Below are positions 32,916 through 44,681 of a stretch of 64,000 nucleotides of DNA, one piece after another (position 1 is the first letter of the stretch; every line of letters begins with the position of its first letter). The stretch is from Hyaloraphidium curvatum SAG 235-1 (Eukaryota; Fungi; Monoblepharomycota): the NCBI GenBank assembly GCA_025558095.1, contig JAIVFI010000042.1:62001-126000 (forward strand), read 5' to 3'. Under the pieces are notes generated by a model, which made no database searches, was not told the DNA's origin, and saw nothing but the letters and a program-made list of their open reading frames with translations. A program made the position numbers and the translations under genes.

Positions 32916-34661
32916 ATGCTCTCGCCGGAGGAGTTCCGCGGGCTACGTGTCGGCGCGCGACGGCTCGGCAGCTTGGCCCGCGCGGCGCTGCTGGTGTTCG
33001 CGGCGGGCCTGGCGGCCGTTGTTGTGACGCGCGGGACGGCGCCCGAGGCGGGCGACAACAACGCCGAGCGGGCGGGGCTCTTGCGGCGGGCAACGAGCGG
33101 GGACACCACGGAGTTTCCGGGAACGGCCGCGGAGGGAGCGTGGCCGCAGCGGGGCGGCGCGCAGCTCCCCGTCGCCGCGGGGATTGAACTCGACGCCGTG
33201 CCCGACCCGCCGCCGCCCTTCCTCGTCGCGCTGCAGCAGGCCCGCGTGGCCGCACACGCACGCGCCGCCGCCTCGCTGTCGCAGCTGGGCCCGCCTTCCC
33301 CCGCGTGCTTCGAGCACGGCGCCCCGGAGCCGCTGTACGACACCGTGATCCTGCTAGCGCAGGGCCGCTCGGGCTCGACCTCCCTCCTGCGCCTGCTCAA
33401 CTCGCTGCCCTGCACCAACATCCGCGGGGAGAACCCCGCCCTGTTCATCCGCTTGCTCGGTGGACGCTCCTTCCGTCAGGGAACAGAGGAGCTCCAGGCC
33501 AACGCGTCGCTCTGGACCGGCGAGCACTGGGACAAGGCCAGCACGGCCTCCAAGCCGGCTTGGTGGAACCGCGTGGAGATGTCGCGCGTGGACGGGGTGC
33601 TGAAGCTCCTCATCGAGGATACCCTGGAGCACGTCCCCGGGAAGATCGTCTCTGGCTGGAAGAGCATTATTCTCTTCCTGTCGCAGAACTACGACGAGTC
33701 GGTCCATTTCCTCGACGATTGGATCAGACTGTTCCCCCGGACTTTGATCCTCCTGCTGACCCGGAAAGGCGTCGAAAAGTCGGGATGGTGGAGGATCACG
33801 CCCGACTCGGCCATGAAGCTCCAGCGGCAAGCTGCGCGCTATGCCGACTTTGTCGCCGCCGTCGAGGCCGGCCGTTACCGCTCTGCAGACTTTCCGGGCG
33901 CCAAGGTGGCCGCAGTCCCTCTGGATTACGATAACGTCGTGGCCTGCCGCGGTCTCGAGCCGCTATTCTCGCACCTCGGCCAACGGTTCGATCCCGACTC
34001 CTGCCGCAGGATCATGGGCGTCAACGTGGAGGACTACGGTATCACCATGTCAGACTACGACTTTTCAACCGAGCAGGGGCACCTGGGCTGGACCTACGGC
34101 TTCCGCGCCGTCAACCCCCTCTCCTCCGCCGCCCCCCACGGCCCTTTCCGGCAAACCACGGAAATCCGCGACCCTCCTCCCGGCATCCCTCCGACGACCC
34201 TACCGCTCTCCCTCCTCGTCCCCCCGCCGGACAAGGAGCACCTCGCGGTCCCGCACCGCGACTCCCCCCTCGCCCTCGGCGTGGCTCGGCACTGGCCCTC
34301 TCTTTCCCCCAACAAACGAAAGGCCGCCGCCACATGCCGCAAATGGACCTCGCACGTTTCGTCCCGCGCGGCGGCGACGGTCGCGGTCCCCCTCCCCATC
34401 GCGCGGTGCGACCCCGCGCTGTACCCGCACAACGGGTACCACGTGCACCTCCTCGTCGACGGCTCCCCTGCGGTCTCGAGGTCGTTTTCGCTGGGCGGGC
34501 CGGGGGGAGGCTTCCGGCACGAGCTGGAACTCAAGCCGGGAACGGAGCTGGAGCTGTGCGTGGCGCCGGCGGTCGAGAGGCCGGGGAGGAGGGGGGATCT
34601 GGGGCTGTGCGGGCCGCTGGCGGCGACCCTGGCGGTAGTGCGGATCGGATCGGGAGGATGA
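32916..34661 (+). CDS. Type II membrane sulfotransferase-domain protein with a C-terminal beta-rich domain, intronless
   Basis: TM anchor; PAPS-binding loop VILLAQGRSGSTSLLRLLN; IRGEN, PAWWN, GWK, LLLTR; C-terminal domain begins DFSTEQGHLGWTYG. Confidence 0.75.
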   Translation: MLSPEEFRGLRVGARRLGSLARAALLVFAAGLAAVVVTRGTAPEAGDNNAERAGLLRRATSGDTTEFPGTAAEGAWPQRGGAQLPVAAGIELDAVPDPPPPFLVALQQARVAAHARAAASLSQLGPPSPACFEHGAPEPLYDTVILLAQGRSGSTSLLRLLNSLPCTNIRGENPALFIRLLGGRSFRQGTEELQANASLWTGEHWDKASTASKPAWWNRVEMSRVDGVLKLLIEDTLEHVPGKIVSGWKSIILFLSQNYDESVHFLDDWIRLFPRTLILLLTRKGVEKSGWWRITPDSAMKLQRQAARYADFVAAVEAGRYRSADFPGAKVAAVPLDYDNVVACRGLEPLFSHLGQRFDPDSCRRIMGVNVEDYGITMSDYDFSTEQGHLGWTYGFRAVNPLSSAAPHGPFRQTTEIRDPPPGIPPTTLPLSLLVPPPDKEHLAVPHRDSPLALGVARHWPSLSPNKRKAAATCRKWTSHVSSRAAATVAVPLPIARCDPALYPHNGYHVHLLVDGSPAVSRSFSLGGPGGGFRHELELKPGTELELCVAPAVERPGRRGDLGLCGPLAATLAVVRIGSGG

Positions 34662-34798
34662 GAAGGGCGCACTGAATGTAGATGTTGATTGAGCAAATAC
34701 CCGCGGGAACACACTGCCGCACCGCGAGGGCAGGAACCTGGCAACTAAACTGGGAATCAAAAGAATGGTCTGAGCAAACCGGGTAGCGCCGTCAGCCG

Positions 34799-36261
34799 TC
34801 AGCGCAACGGGCACACAGAGTCCATGGTGAAGAACACGCCGCTCCCCCGCAGCACCGACCACAGCGCCACGAGTACCGTGAGCATGGTCACCAGCATCGC
34901 ACGGACGACGCCGAAATCCACCGCGAACCCGAGGTACTTTGCCCTCGCCGCGTCGTCGGCGGCGGCAAAGACGCCGAGCAGCGTGGCGTGGTCGCTGATC
35001 CGCCGGTGCAGGTCCGCGCGGTCTACGGGGACGACGGTGGCGAGCACGGCGAGCTCCTGGCCCGCCCAGCGGGACAGCGCCGCGGCGGCAGCGGTGCGCA
35101 GGTTGGCGCAGGCCGTGGTGACGGTGATGATCAGGAGAAAGCCGGTGACCCAGGCGAGCGTGAAGACCTGCAGCGAGAGGATGCAGTTGCCGACAGCGAC
35201 CGTGATCACGACGAAAACGACCAGCAGTGCGGCAACTAGGAGGAGGAACCACTTGTCAGCGAGCTCCTTGCGCGGGTTGGCCCACACCGCTTGAAGAAGC
35301 GGGTGGAGCACGGCGTAATCTTCGTGCTCTCCGGTGGCGGCGCCGTCCTCCCGGATCCGGCGGAAGAGGTCCGCGAGGGCGATCTGCATCGCACGGTGCT
35401 GGACACGGCAGTCCAGAAAGGAGAGGAAGGGGTTGGGAAACAGGGTTTCGCAGCTGGCGTGGGTCAGCAGCGGCCACGACACGATGGAAATAACCGTGAC
35501 TGCGCCGAACCGAAAAGGCAGCCCCACCAGGTGGACCAGAGCTGGGTCCCAAAGGTGACCAGCGTGGTCCAACAGAAGGAAACGGTGGTCAGCACGAGGA
35601 GGCTGTGGCCGGCGACCGAGTCGATCAGGGCGAACCACGAGGCCTTGCGCGCCGTCCCGCCGGCACACGCGGGACCGGGGCAGGAGCAGTACTGGTCCTC
35701 TTCCACGTGCGTGAGGAGGCCCAGCCTGCCCGGGGCCGCCCCGCGGCCCTCGTCCCCCTTTTGCGAGGCCGCGAGCTGCAGCCAGCGGGCCAGGGCGCCC
35801 AGCCGGTGGGCCGAGAAATCCACGAGGGTCTTCCTGAAGAGTCCGGAACTGCACTCGATCTGCTGCCGGATGTCCGGGAACAGAAAAGGCGCCACGGCGC
35901 CTCCGAAGTAGAACATGACCGTCCACCCGAGGCTGGCCGCGATCTGCGCGGTACCAAACGTGCCGTCGTTGAAGAGGAACACGAGGCCGAAGGCGGTGAC
36001 CGTGCAGCACGCGGCGACACCGTTGATGAGGGGCTGCAGCGTGGTCACCGGTGCCAGGAAATCCTCGACACGGAGCACGTATTGCATCGCGGGCAGCGCG
36101 CGCATCGCGGAGATGAGCTCGCCGCGGGAAAGGGGCGCGCTGGGCAGCACCGGCGCGGGCGTCAGGTCGGCGCCGGGCACCAGGCTCCGTGGCCGAGGCG
36201 GGGAAGGGAACACAGCGACCAGCTCGGCGTCCGTGAGGCCGAGCGGGAGCGGCGCAGACAT
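34799..36261 (-). pseudogene. Putative 7TM ion-channel (GRL-like) family paralog D, frameshifted by a 5-bp duplication at 35505-35514 (or an assembly error)
   Basis: ELVAVFP, LARWLQL, YCSCPGPAC in one frame; LHPLLQAVW, VGNC, YLGFAVDFGVVR..ALWSVLRG..SVCP in another. Removing one TTCGG joins them. Confidence 0.7.
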
Positions 36262-36346
36262 TGCGGCGCGACTGGAACGCGGCAATCCGCGTGTTGTGAG
36301 GAGCTACTTGGGAGCTACAATATATGCGCTCCTCAGAAACCCCGAA

Positions 36347-37667
36347 ATGGACCCTCGCACGCTGGCCGTAGCCGCGGCCACCGCCTTCAGTCTGGTCGCC
36401 TACTTTTCCCTCCGAAGGGCGCCGACCTCTGTCCGGTACCTGAAACACGCCGTGTCCAAGACGGGTGAGCACCCGCGCGTCGTTTCCCCGCGATATCCCA
36501 CCGAGCACCTGACGATACAGACCGCTACTTCACCACGAGTGGCGGTCGCCGGCTGTGCTACCGCGTGTACGGCACCCCCAGCGGCCGCCCGATTCTGTTC
36601 CTCCACGGGATGCCGGGCTCGCGGTACTGCTTCGGGCCGGACGCCGAGCAGGTCTGCAAGTGAGCCTCGCCCGAGTCCGTAGTTGGGATCTCTAGACCTT
36701 GAGGGCGACGATGCCACTCCCCAAAGGGACCGCAACCTGTTCGTTGTGTGCCCCGACCGGCCAGGGTACGGGCTCTCGAGTTTGGACCCGGAGGGAACGA
36801 CCATATCAGTTGTGCGCGACCTCGCGGACCTCATGTTGGCCATCCTGGCGGAGCTGGAGAGGTCGGACCGGAAAACGTTCGAGGTGGTCGGGTACTCGAA
36901 CGTGTGATTCCGTGGCGCTCGTGGCGACGGAGCACCCCACTGATCAAGCGGTCCTGGATGGCGCAGGGCGGCCCCTTTGCCCTCGCGCTGGCTCGTCAGC
37001 GCCCGGAGCTTCTGTCAAGGTGCTGGCTCGCCGCCCCGGGGGGGTTCACTGAGCAACCCGGGATCCTCGACGCTCTGGCGCCTCAACAAAAGCAGGGCCA
37101 CATGCTCATACGGAACACCATGTGGTTAGTGAGGATTGCGTGGGTGAGTGGGAACATCGGAGCCGAGAAAGGTGCTCTTCTCTGCGGTCGCTGACCCGCA
37201 CCTCGACTTTCTTCAGCTACTAGCCGCGCCCTTGCTCGTGAACCCAGCCTCGTACTTTGCGGGTTTTGAGTCGGCCCTGTCCCCGGTGGACAAGGCGTAC
37301 CTCGCGGAACGGCCACAGGTCCGGGAGTTTTGGGTGGACTACCTCGTCGGCGAGACGTTCCGGCAAGGCATATACGGGTGAGTCGATCCGCGGTCAGGCT
37401 CCTCAATGTCAAACCTCTCTGTCTACTAGCATGCTCCACGAGGTGCCCCTCGTCATGGGCCGCGTGTCCCCCTCGGGCTTCGGCTTCGACGTCCGCGATG
37501 TGGACACGTCGCGGGTCCCCGTGGCAATCTACTCCGCGTCGCACGACACGCTGGTGTCCGCCGCACAGTGCAAGCAGCTGCACGAGCTGGTTGGCGGTTC
37601 GATGCTGGTGGAGGTGGAGGGAGGGCACGTGAGCGTGCTGGAGAAGGTCTTCAGGGAGCTTCTGTAG
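36347..37667 (+). CDS. Alpha/beta hydrolase (Abhydrolase_1), multi-exon
   Basis: GRRLCYRVYG..PILFLHGMPGSR, PDRPGYGLS, GYSN|GGPFALA, HDTLV, GGHV. Confidence 0.85.
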
Positions 37668-37865
37668 CGGACGAGCCACGTGGCGACTTGCGCGCAAGCT
37701 CCCAGTCCACATCCAATGTCGCTGAAGCTAGAGCTCAATCGGTGGTCCTGATGGCAGCTTCTCCGTCCCCCGGTGCCGCAGCGGAACGGATTCGAGTGCG
37801 ACGACGACGGAACGGCTCCTCGATCGCACGATCGTCGTCCTGCCTCCCTCTTGCTGCCCCGCGCG

Positions 37866-39247
37866 ATGTCCGCCGGATTCTCGTGGCCGCCGCTCGCCCG
37901 GCTCCCCAGCTGGCCCGAGTCCAAGTTTGCCATCCTGCGGAGCGAGCGCGACGTGTGGCACGGCCTCGCCGAGGACGCGCGCCGCGTCGGGTTCTCGGAC
38001 AAGCTGCGCAAGGACCTAAAGGACCTATACCTCGTCCAGCTGGACCCCACCACGTTCTCGAGGGAGGACTTTGACGTGCCGGTGTTGCCGTGGTCGCGCT
38101 TGAGGGCGGGGGGGAAGCACGCCAACTCAGCGGGGTTCGCGGAGCCGGCAGGCGAGCGAACGGTGCCGCTGGCGAGGATCCGCCATGTTTCGGTGCCGAA
38201 AAACCCGGGCTACTCGTGCCTCTATTTTTACGGGGGAGGGTACACGGTCGGGACGCTCGAAGGGTCTGTAGCGTTCTGCATCAAGCTGTCGAAGGAGATG
38301 GGCTGCCCGATCTGGTGCGTTGACTACAGCAAGGCGCCCGAGACCAAGTTTCCCGTGCCGCTATCGGAAGCACTGAGCGCTTGGGACTTTATCTTGTCGC
38401 GAGGCGAAAAGCCGGAGCAGATCTGCCTCGCCGGCGACAGCGCTGGTTGGTAGGACCGATTCCACAACGAGACGTCTATTTAACCCGTGCCTACCCTAGG
38501 CGGTTCGCTCTCCCTTGCCGTCACCCTCTTCCTTCGCGACCACGGGCGTCCACTGCCCGCCGGGGCCGTCCTCATCTGCCCCTGGCTCGAGCTCACGCAC
38601 TCCCTTCCCTCCAACATCATCAACCAGCCGCACGACTACCTCACCGTCCCCTTCGGCCCCATGATCCCCTCCTTCGCGTCGCAGGCCTGCTGCGACGACG
38701 CGCAGCTCCGCCACCCGTACCTCTCGGCCGTGTACGACAACGGGAAGCTGCCGCCGTCGTTCAAGGTGCTGAACCAGGTCGGGGGGGCGGACACGCTGAT
38801 GGACGATGGCGTGCTCTGGGCGCTGCAGCAGCGCGGTGGGGGGGCGACGGTGCGGCTCGAAGGGTACGCCGAGGAGGTCCACGGTAGGCCGCGCTTGACG
38901 TGCTCCGAGATTGTTCTCAATCGATACGAGCAGACTTCCAGGTGTTTGCCGGCGCCCGCGACTTTCCCCTTGCCGACCTCTCCCTCCGCCGCATGGGCAC
39001 CTTTGTCCGGGAGATCTTTTCCGGCGCCGCGATCACCCCAGAATCGCTCTGGTTCGCGCCCGACGCGCCACCGGACACCGCGGGGTCGCCCTGGGACGCC
39101 GAGGCAGTGTTCGTGGCGGGCTTTGGCAAGGTCGGAAAGGACGCAGCGGAGGCGGCGGAATGGATCGGGAGGAAGAGGGAGGTGCTGGATGCGGACGGGA
39201 CGGGGGCTCTTCAAAAGTACTTGAAGGGGCCGTGGCCCAAAGTGTGA
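37866..39247 (+). CDS. HSL-family esterase/lipase (Abhydrolase_3), 2 introns
   Basis: YFYGGGY, VDYSKAPE.KFP, GDSAG|GSL, LICPW, Asp in ADTL, His in EVH. Confidence 0.88.
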
Positions 39248-39272
39248 TTACTCGAACATATCCCGGTACATT

Positions 39273-42200
39273 CTACGGGATGTAACACGTGAAGGTGATT
39301 GAGAGGTGCTTCGTGGAGCCATTGCACATATCGGGGAGGCCGACGGTCGTGACATCGCAGGTGTTCTTGCCGGCGCAATTGAGGAACTGCTCCGCGTTAC
39401 GGTAGGCGAACTGGACCGGGCTTGGCTGGCAGTCCCGCATTGGCCCCACGCGGCACTTCTGGTCCCCCGCTGAGCCCGGATACCGACCAAACTGCGAACC
39501 ACGGCGAACGAGTAAGCCCAAGCGGGCACAAGTAGCCAAGGCCTGCGAAGAACCCACAAGGACCTGCACGATGGAGATGGCCTGTCCGGCAGGGCATCGA
39601 ATTGTATCCCTCCGGCTGCCTTCCGCATCGCAGACGTGCAGCTCGGCCGGCGGGGTGGTTGAAACCTGCTCGTACTGCTTGGGGTAGCCCCCAATGACGT
39701 TGCTGGTCTGCACGGTGTAGGCGTTTGGGATTCGCACAGCCTCGCAGGTCGCCATCATGCACATCCCAGAGAAGATGTCGCCGCTGGAAGGAATAATCCA
39801 AGAGATCGCCTTGTGCGGTACCGCTGATCAGTTTTCGTCCCCATCCGTCGTTGGGGGCACTCACCCTGCACTTCTCCGGGCCCCCGTTGTTGTTGAAGCC
39901 CAGGCATAGCTGCTGGCAGTACTCGTAGGTCGCGGCTATGCCAAGGTTATAGCAAACGCCGCAGGAACAAACACCCGTCCTGAACAATGGCACTGCGGTC
40001 GCAGATTACGCCCAAATCAACCGACGGAGGCGGCCGATCCTCTCAAAACTCACGCGGAAAGACGTAGGGGAAGTAGTGCACGGCAATTTGCTTGCCGTTT
40101 GCGTCGACGGCACCGGGATCCAGCCGGACGAACGCGTCCCTGAACTTCTTGTAGCCGCTCATGTGCACTTCCGGTTTGCTCGGCAGCATGGCGTCGTAGC
40201 GCCATTTGGCGTTGCTGACGGTTTCGATGTTGGCGGCGCGGCCGGTGCACAGCATGCTAAAGACACCGTTGCCCTGAGGCACCCAAGTGTACGCCCAGCA
40301 GACCGTATCCGCCTCGCAAAGGGCGCGGCATTTCTCTTCGGACATCACGGACCCGTACTGCGGGGAAATGGCGGCCAAGTTAGCCAGCACACCGGAATCC
40401 TCGGCCAACCCACGTTGTAGACGCCCTTTTGCCCCTCCCACACCTTTATGTCGTTCGGCGACGTGATCAAGTAGGCCGTCAAGCACCATCCCGGCAAAAG
40501 AACCCAGTCGTCGAAACCACTTGGTGGCGAAGGCGGGAACGCCTTGGCGTGGTCGGCCGCCCACGCGTCCACCTGGGACCTCAGCGCCGAGGGCAGGAGC
40601 CCGTGGACGGGCACGAATGCGTCCAAGGCGGTGACGGCCCAACGCAGCGGCCCTTCGTCCACCGACCGTGCCCATTCGCCGAACCCGGCGAGGGAGCCCG
40701 TGGCGTCGATGGCGCCTGAAACAAGGGACGAGGTTCCGCCGACGGCGGTCCAGCGGCTGTTTTGGAGTGAGCTCGAGAACGAAGAAGAAGAGCTGGACGA
40801 GTCGCCTTTGCCGACGCCCACGCTGGCGCCGGCCCTGCCGAGGCTGACGCTGACCTCGGCCGAGATCTCCCTCGACGCCGACTGGGCGGAGCTGGCGGAC
40901 ATTGCCGAGAGGTCGAAGGTGGTCGTGAGCTTGCCGCCGAGCTCGACCTTGGTGGGGAACACGTGGCCCCAGTTCTCCTGGAGTGCCCGGTACCGCCTGA
41001 ACCTCTCGACGTTGGTGATCTGCTGCGTGACGAGGTCTTGCACCTCGGCGACGAATGCCGGGTTCACGACAAAAGGCGACCTTGCCCCGTTCGGATCGAG
41101 CTGGAGTACGAGGCGCTTGACCCTCCAGTTTGCCACCGCCTTCGTGCTCGACCGCGACGAGCTCGAGGACGAGCTTTGCGACTCGGAGTAGCTGACACTG
41201 GCGCTGACAAAGCCGTATGAGGCGCTGACGCTAGTGTCGAGGAAGCCGGACTGCGCCATCGACGCCTGCTGCTCGCTGGACGATACGCTGGCGTCCGCTT
41301 CCGAGGTGCGGAAGGTGGTGTAGTCGGGGTCGGGGAACGGGCCCGAGGTCCGGGGCACCAGGATCGCTCTGCTCATGCCGATCGATTGCGTCGGATCCCT
41401 TCGGGTCGGGTTCAAAATCCATCTGCGGAGAGTCAGACCCCGCGCGCTCGGACGAAGACGGAAGCACTGACGCATTGAAGATCGAGTTCCGCCTGAAGAG
41501 CTGCTCCCACTGGGACGCACAGAGGTCCGCGGCCGACTCTGGTCGGTCCGGGCATTCTGGCACGGCCGGCGGCGGGGGCGGCGGAGGAGGCGGCGGGGGT
41601 ACCGAGGGCGCCGGCGGGCCCGGAGGCGGTGGGGGTGCCGGCGGGGCGTTGGCCGGGTTCACAATTGCTCGCTGCATGGTCGCGCCGTCCACGATATTCG
41701 GCCCGGCGGCGTAGGTGATGTAAAAGAAGCGCCCGATCATGTTGTTGCTTATCGGGATGCGGTGCGTGAAGCGGTAGCCCCTAGTGGGGACCCCGGCGCC
41801 CTGGCACGCCCCATGGATGGCCGCGCTGTCGGCAGAGGGCATATTCGCGTCCGTCGTGAAGATGGGTCTGGGGTCCACCATGCCCGCGAAAACGGCCTTG
41901 GTTCCGTAGGTGACCCTGACGAGCCCTGGTGTGGGTCCATTGGTGCAGGCCCAGCCCCTAACGAAGACCTCCGAGCCCTCTTGTCGCAGGTCGTCGACCA
42001 TGCCGCGCGGCTGCCTGTTCTCCAGGCTCCGCAGCATCGCGGATCCACGGCCGCTGTATCCGTTGGCCTTGAGCAGCTCCCGCTTGTTCATCCGCACGGC
42101 CGAGACCACGGATTCGCGGGGATCCAGGGCGTAGACAAAGACCTCCACTTCGGCCTTGCCAGCGTCGGAGAAGAGCTTCGAGACCGTGTCCACCGGGAGT

Positions 42201-44311
42201 AGGACCGTAAACCACGCCGAGACTGCCGAATTGCCGCACACTTTGTGGACATCGGCCTCGGCCTTGGCGTCCGGGTTCCTGTTCGCCGTCACGGCGTTCC
42301 CGAGGAAGCCCGTCGAGTCCGCCGAACCCTGCACCCAGATCGTCACCGCACTGGACGACCCCGTCAAGCACGCCCATCCGTCCACGCGAGCCGCTCCGTC
42401 AGTGACCACGGTCCCCGTGACGGCGCCGAGCAGCTTGGTGGACGACTGCTCGACCAAGATCCTCTGCGCCACGTCCCGCGGGTTCTGCGCCGGCGGCGGG
42501 TCCGGCATGCAGCGGTACCAGATGCGGAGGTATGGTTTGCCGCGGTCGCATTCGGGCGGCTCGCCGGGCGAGGCGGCCTGCGCGGGGGTGAGGTTGATGC
42601 CGCAGCTGATCTTGCCCTGGCACCTGGACTGCACGGTCGGCAGCGCCGAGTTGTCGTTGCCGCACACGGGCTCCGAGGTCGCGTCCTCCGCGTCCTTGGG
42701 GCCGAGGCACCTGGATGCCGACCCGGGGTGCCGCCCCAGCGTCGCGCGGTCGATCGCAAGGCTGGTCCCTGCGCACTCGAGCTTGGTCTTGAAGTTCCCC
42801 TTGCGGTTCGGGCACACCGTGACCACCCTCGCCGAATCGGGGTTGGTCCCCACGCTGCGCTTGCACGTGTAGGCCACCTCGAGGTACGCCTTTCGGCCCT
42901 TGCAGCTGCGCATGGAGGGCACGAGCTCGCGCACGCCGGCGGTGCAGTCCTCGAGGCCGTGGCACGCGGCGCGCACCCGCGCGAGCACGGTGGCGGTCTC
43001 GTCGGCGCCGATGGAGCACTGCAGCATGCGCACCACGGGGAGGCGGCGGAAGGAGGCGAGGGCGGAGAAGTCGGCGGGGGTCTGGTTCTCCTCCTCGTCC
43101 GAAGAATCGTCGTCCTCCGAGTCGCCGTCGCCCGAATCATCATCTCCCGAATCATCGTCTCCCGAATCGTCGTCGTCGGCCGCTTCCTCTTCCTCTTCCT
43201 CCTCCTCCTCATCCTCCTCGGGCGGGGGCGGCGGCGGCCTGCCCTTGACCCCCTTGGGCGTGGTCTTCCTCCGCACGAGCCGCTTCCTGGCCAGCATCCT
43301 CCTCGCCCTGACCGCCCTGATCGCCCTCCTCCTCTCCTCCACCGCCTTCGAATCGCACTTGTCCCCGAACCTGCCCGAGCCGTAGCGCACCGACGCGATC
43401 TCCATCACGCCGCTGCCCTCGCACCCGAGGGAGAGGTACCCGTTGTCGGAGCAGGTGATGGAGGTGTACTGCCGCTCCGGTGGGGGGCGCTTGAAGAACT
43501 TCTTGCGGCCCTTGGGGCCGGCGGGGGGAGGGACCACGGCCACGAGGGAGGGGACCAGCTCGGCGCCGTGGTCCTCGCCGCTGTCGTCGTCGTCGTCGTC
43601 GTCCCCGCCAGATCCGGAATCGTCGTCATCGTCGCCGTCCCCTCCTCCTCCTTCTGCGTTGTCGTCGCTCTTGCCGCCCTTTGCGTCTCCCTTGCCCCCG
43701 TCCTCCTTTTCCTCCTCGTCGTCGTCGCCCTCCTTCTCCTCCTCGTCCCCCTTGAGCTGCCTAAAGTCCGGCACCGGGTCAGGGGGCGGCGGCGGCGACG
43801 GGGGGTTGGGAAGCAGCCCAATGCCGCCGCCCCCCATAGGCAGTTTGGGGAAGAAGAAACCCGTCCCGCCCGTCCCGCCCACCCCTCCGCCGAGCGACAT
43901 CTGCCCGCCGCCGCCGCCGCCGAACGGTCCAACACCCGAAGCGGATCCGGATCCGGAGTCGGTGCCCTTGCCCTTGTTGTTCTTCTTGTTGATGATGTCG
44001 GTCTTTGTATTGATGCCGCTGCCGCCGGTCTTGGTGCCGCCGCCGCCAGTCTTGGTCCCGCCGCCGCCGTTCTTCGGCAGCTTCGGCGGCGGGGGCGGCG
44101 GGGCCGGCGGCCTCTTCTTCAGGCCCGACCCGCCGCCGCCCGCCAAGTTGCCGAGGCCGCCGGGGAGCCGGCGCCGCGCGAGCCGGTCCCGCGGCGCGCC
44201 CGACGCGTTGCACGCCATCCGCCCGTCCGCCGCCGCGGGCCGCGAGAGCGCGACAGCCGCGGCGGCGAGCAGCGCCAGGAGGAGCACGAGGGCGCGCGTC
44301 GGGGGCGCCAT
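39273..44311 (-). CDS. Large secreted MACPF-domain protein with SUEL (rhamnose/galactose-binding) lectin domains, two GWAC repeats and PAN/apple-like modules, multi-exon
   Basis: Signal peptide MAPPTRALVLLLALL; Cys patterns of three SUEL-like domains; MACPF signature WGHVFPTKVELGG plus WTAVGG..WARSV; PAN-like CRALCEADTVCWAYTW. Confidence 0.8.
43100..44075 (-). repeat. Coding low-complexity repeats in the MACPF gene (GGGGTKT repeats, DDSGD repeats, poly-E/D/P)
   Basis: Repeated ccgccgcc(g/a)gtcttggt units near 44020-44070 and cccgaatc(a/g)tc units near 43130-43175. Confidence 0.7.
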
Positions 44312-44681
44312 CGCGGTCACAGGTTGTAGGCGGCCCGTGGGTGGGTCAGGACCCGTCGATGCCTCGCCATGCCTTCTAAGGTGGCTGGTGCCTTCCGCCT
44401 TGCCGCCGCTATCGGGCGTTCGGAAGCAGGAAGAGGAGGTCGGAATCGCCGGTCGTTCATTCGCAAAGCCCGAGTACATCATTTCGGAGTTGCGCCGGAG
44501 GAGGGGGGCACAGCACAGAGCCCAGCCGACGTTGCGACACACCGCCCTTCGCGGCCGCGATCTCCTGCCGCAGCTTCTTCCTTTCCGGGGAATCCATCGT
44601 TCCCGCGGATCGGTTCCCCCGGATGGAAACAGGGCCCCGCGAAAGTGCTCCGGCGGACCAAGGTCCCGCACGCCGCATCCA

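Noticed and set aside
43100-44075. CRISPR-like or mobile-element repeats
   Set aside because: The repeats are codon-phase low-complexity sequence inside a CDS. No spacers, cas genes, transposase or RT motifs were seen anywhere.
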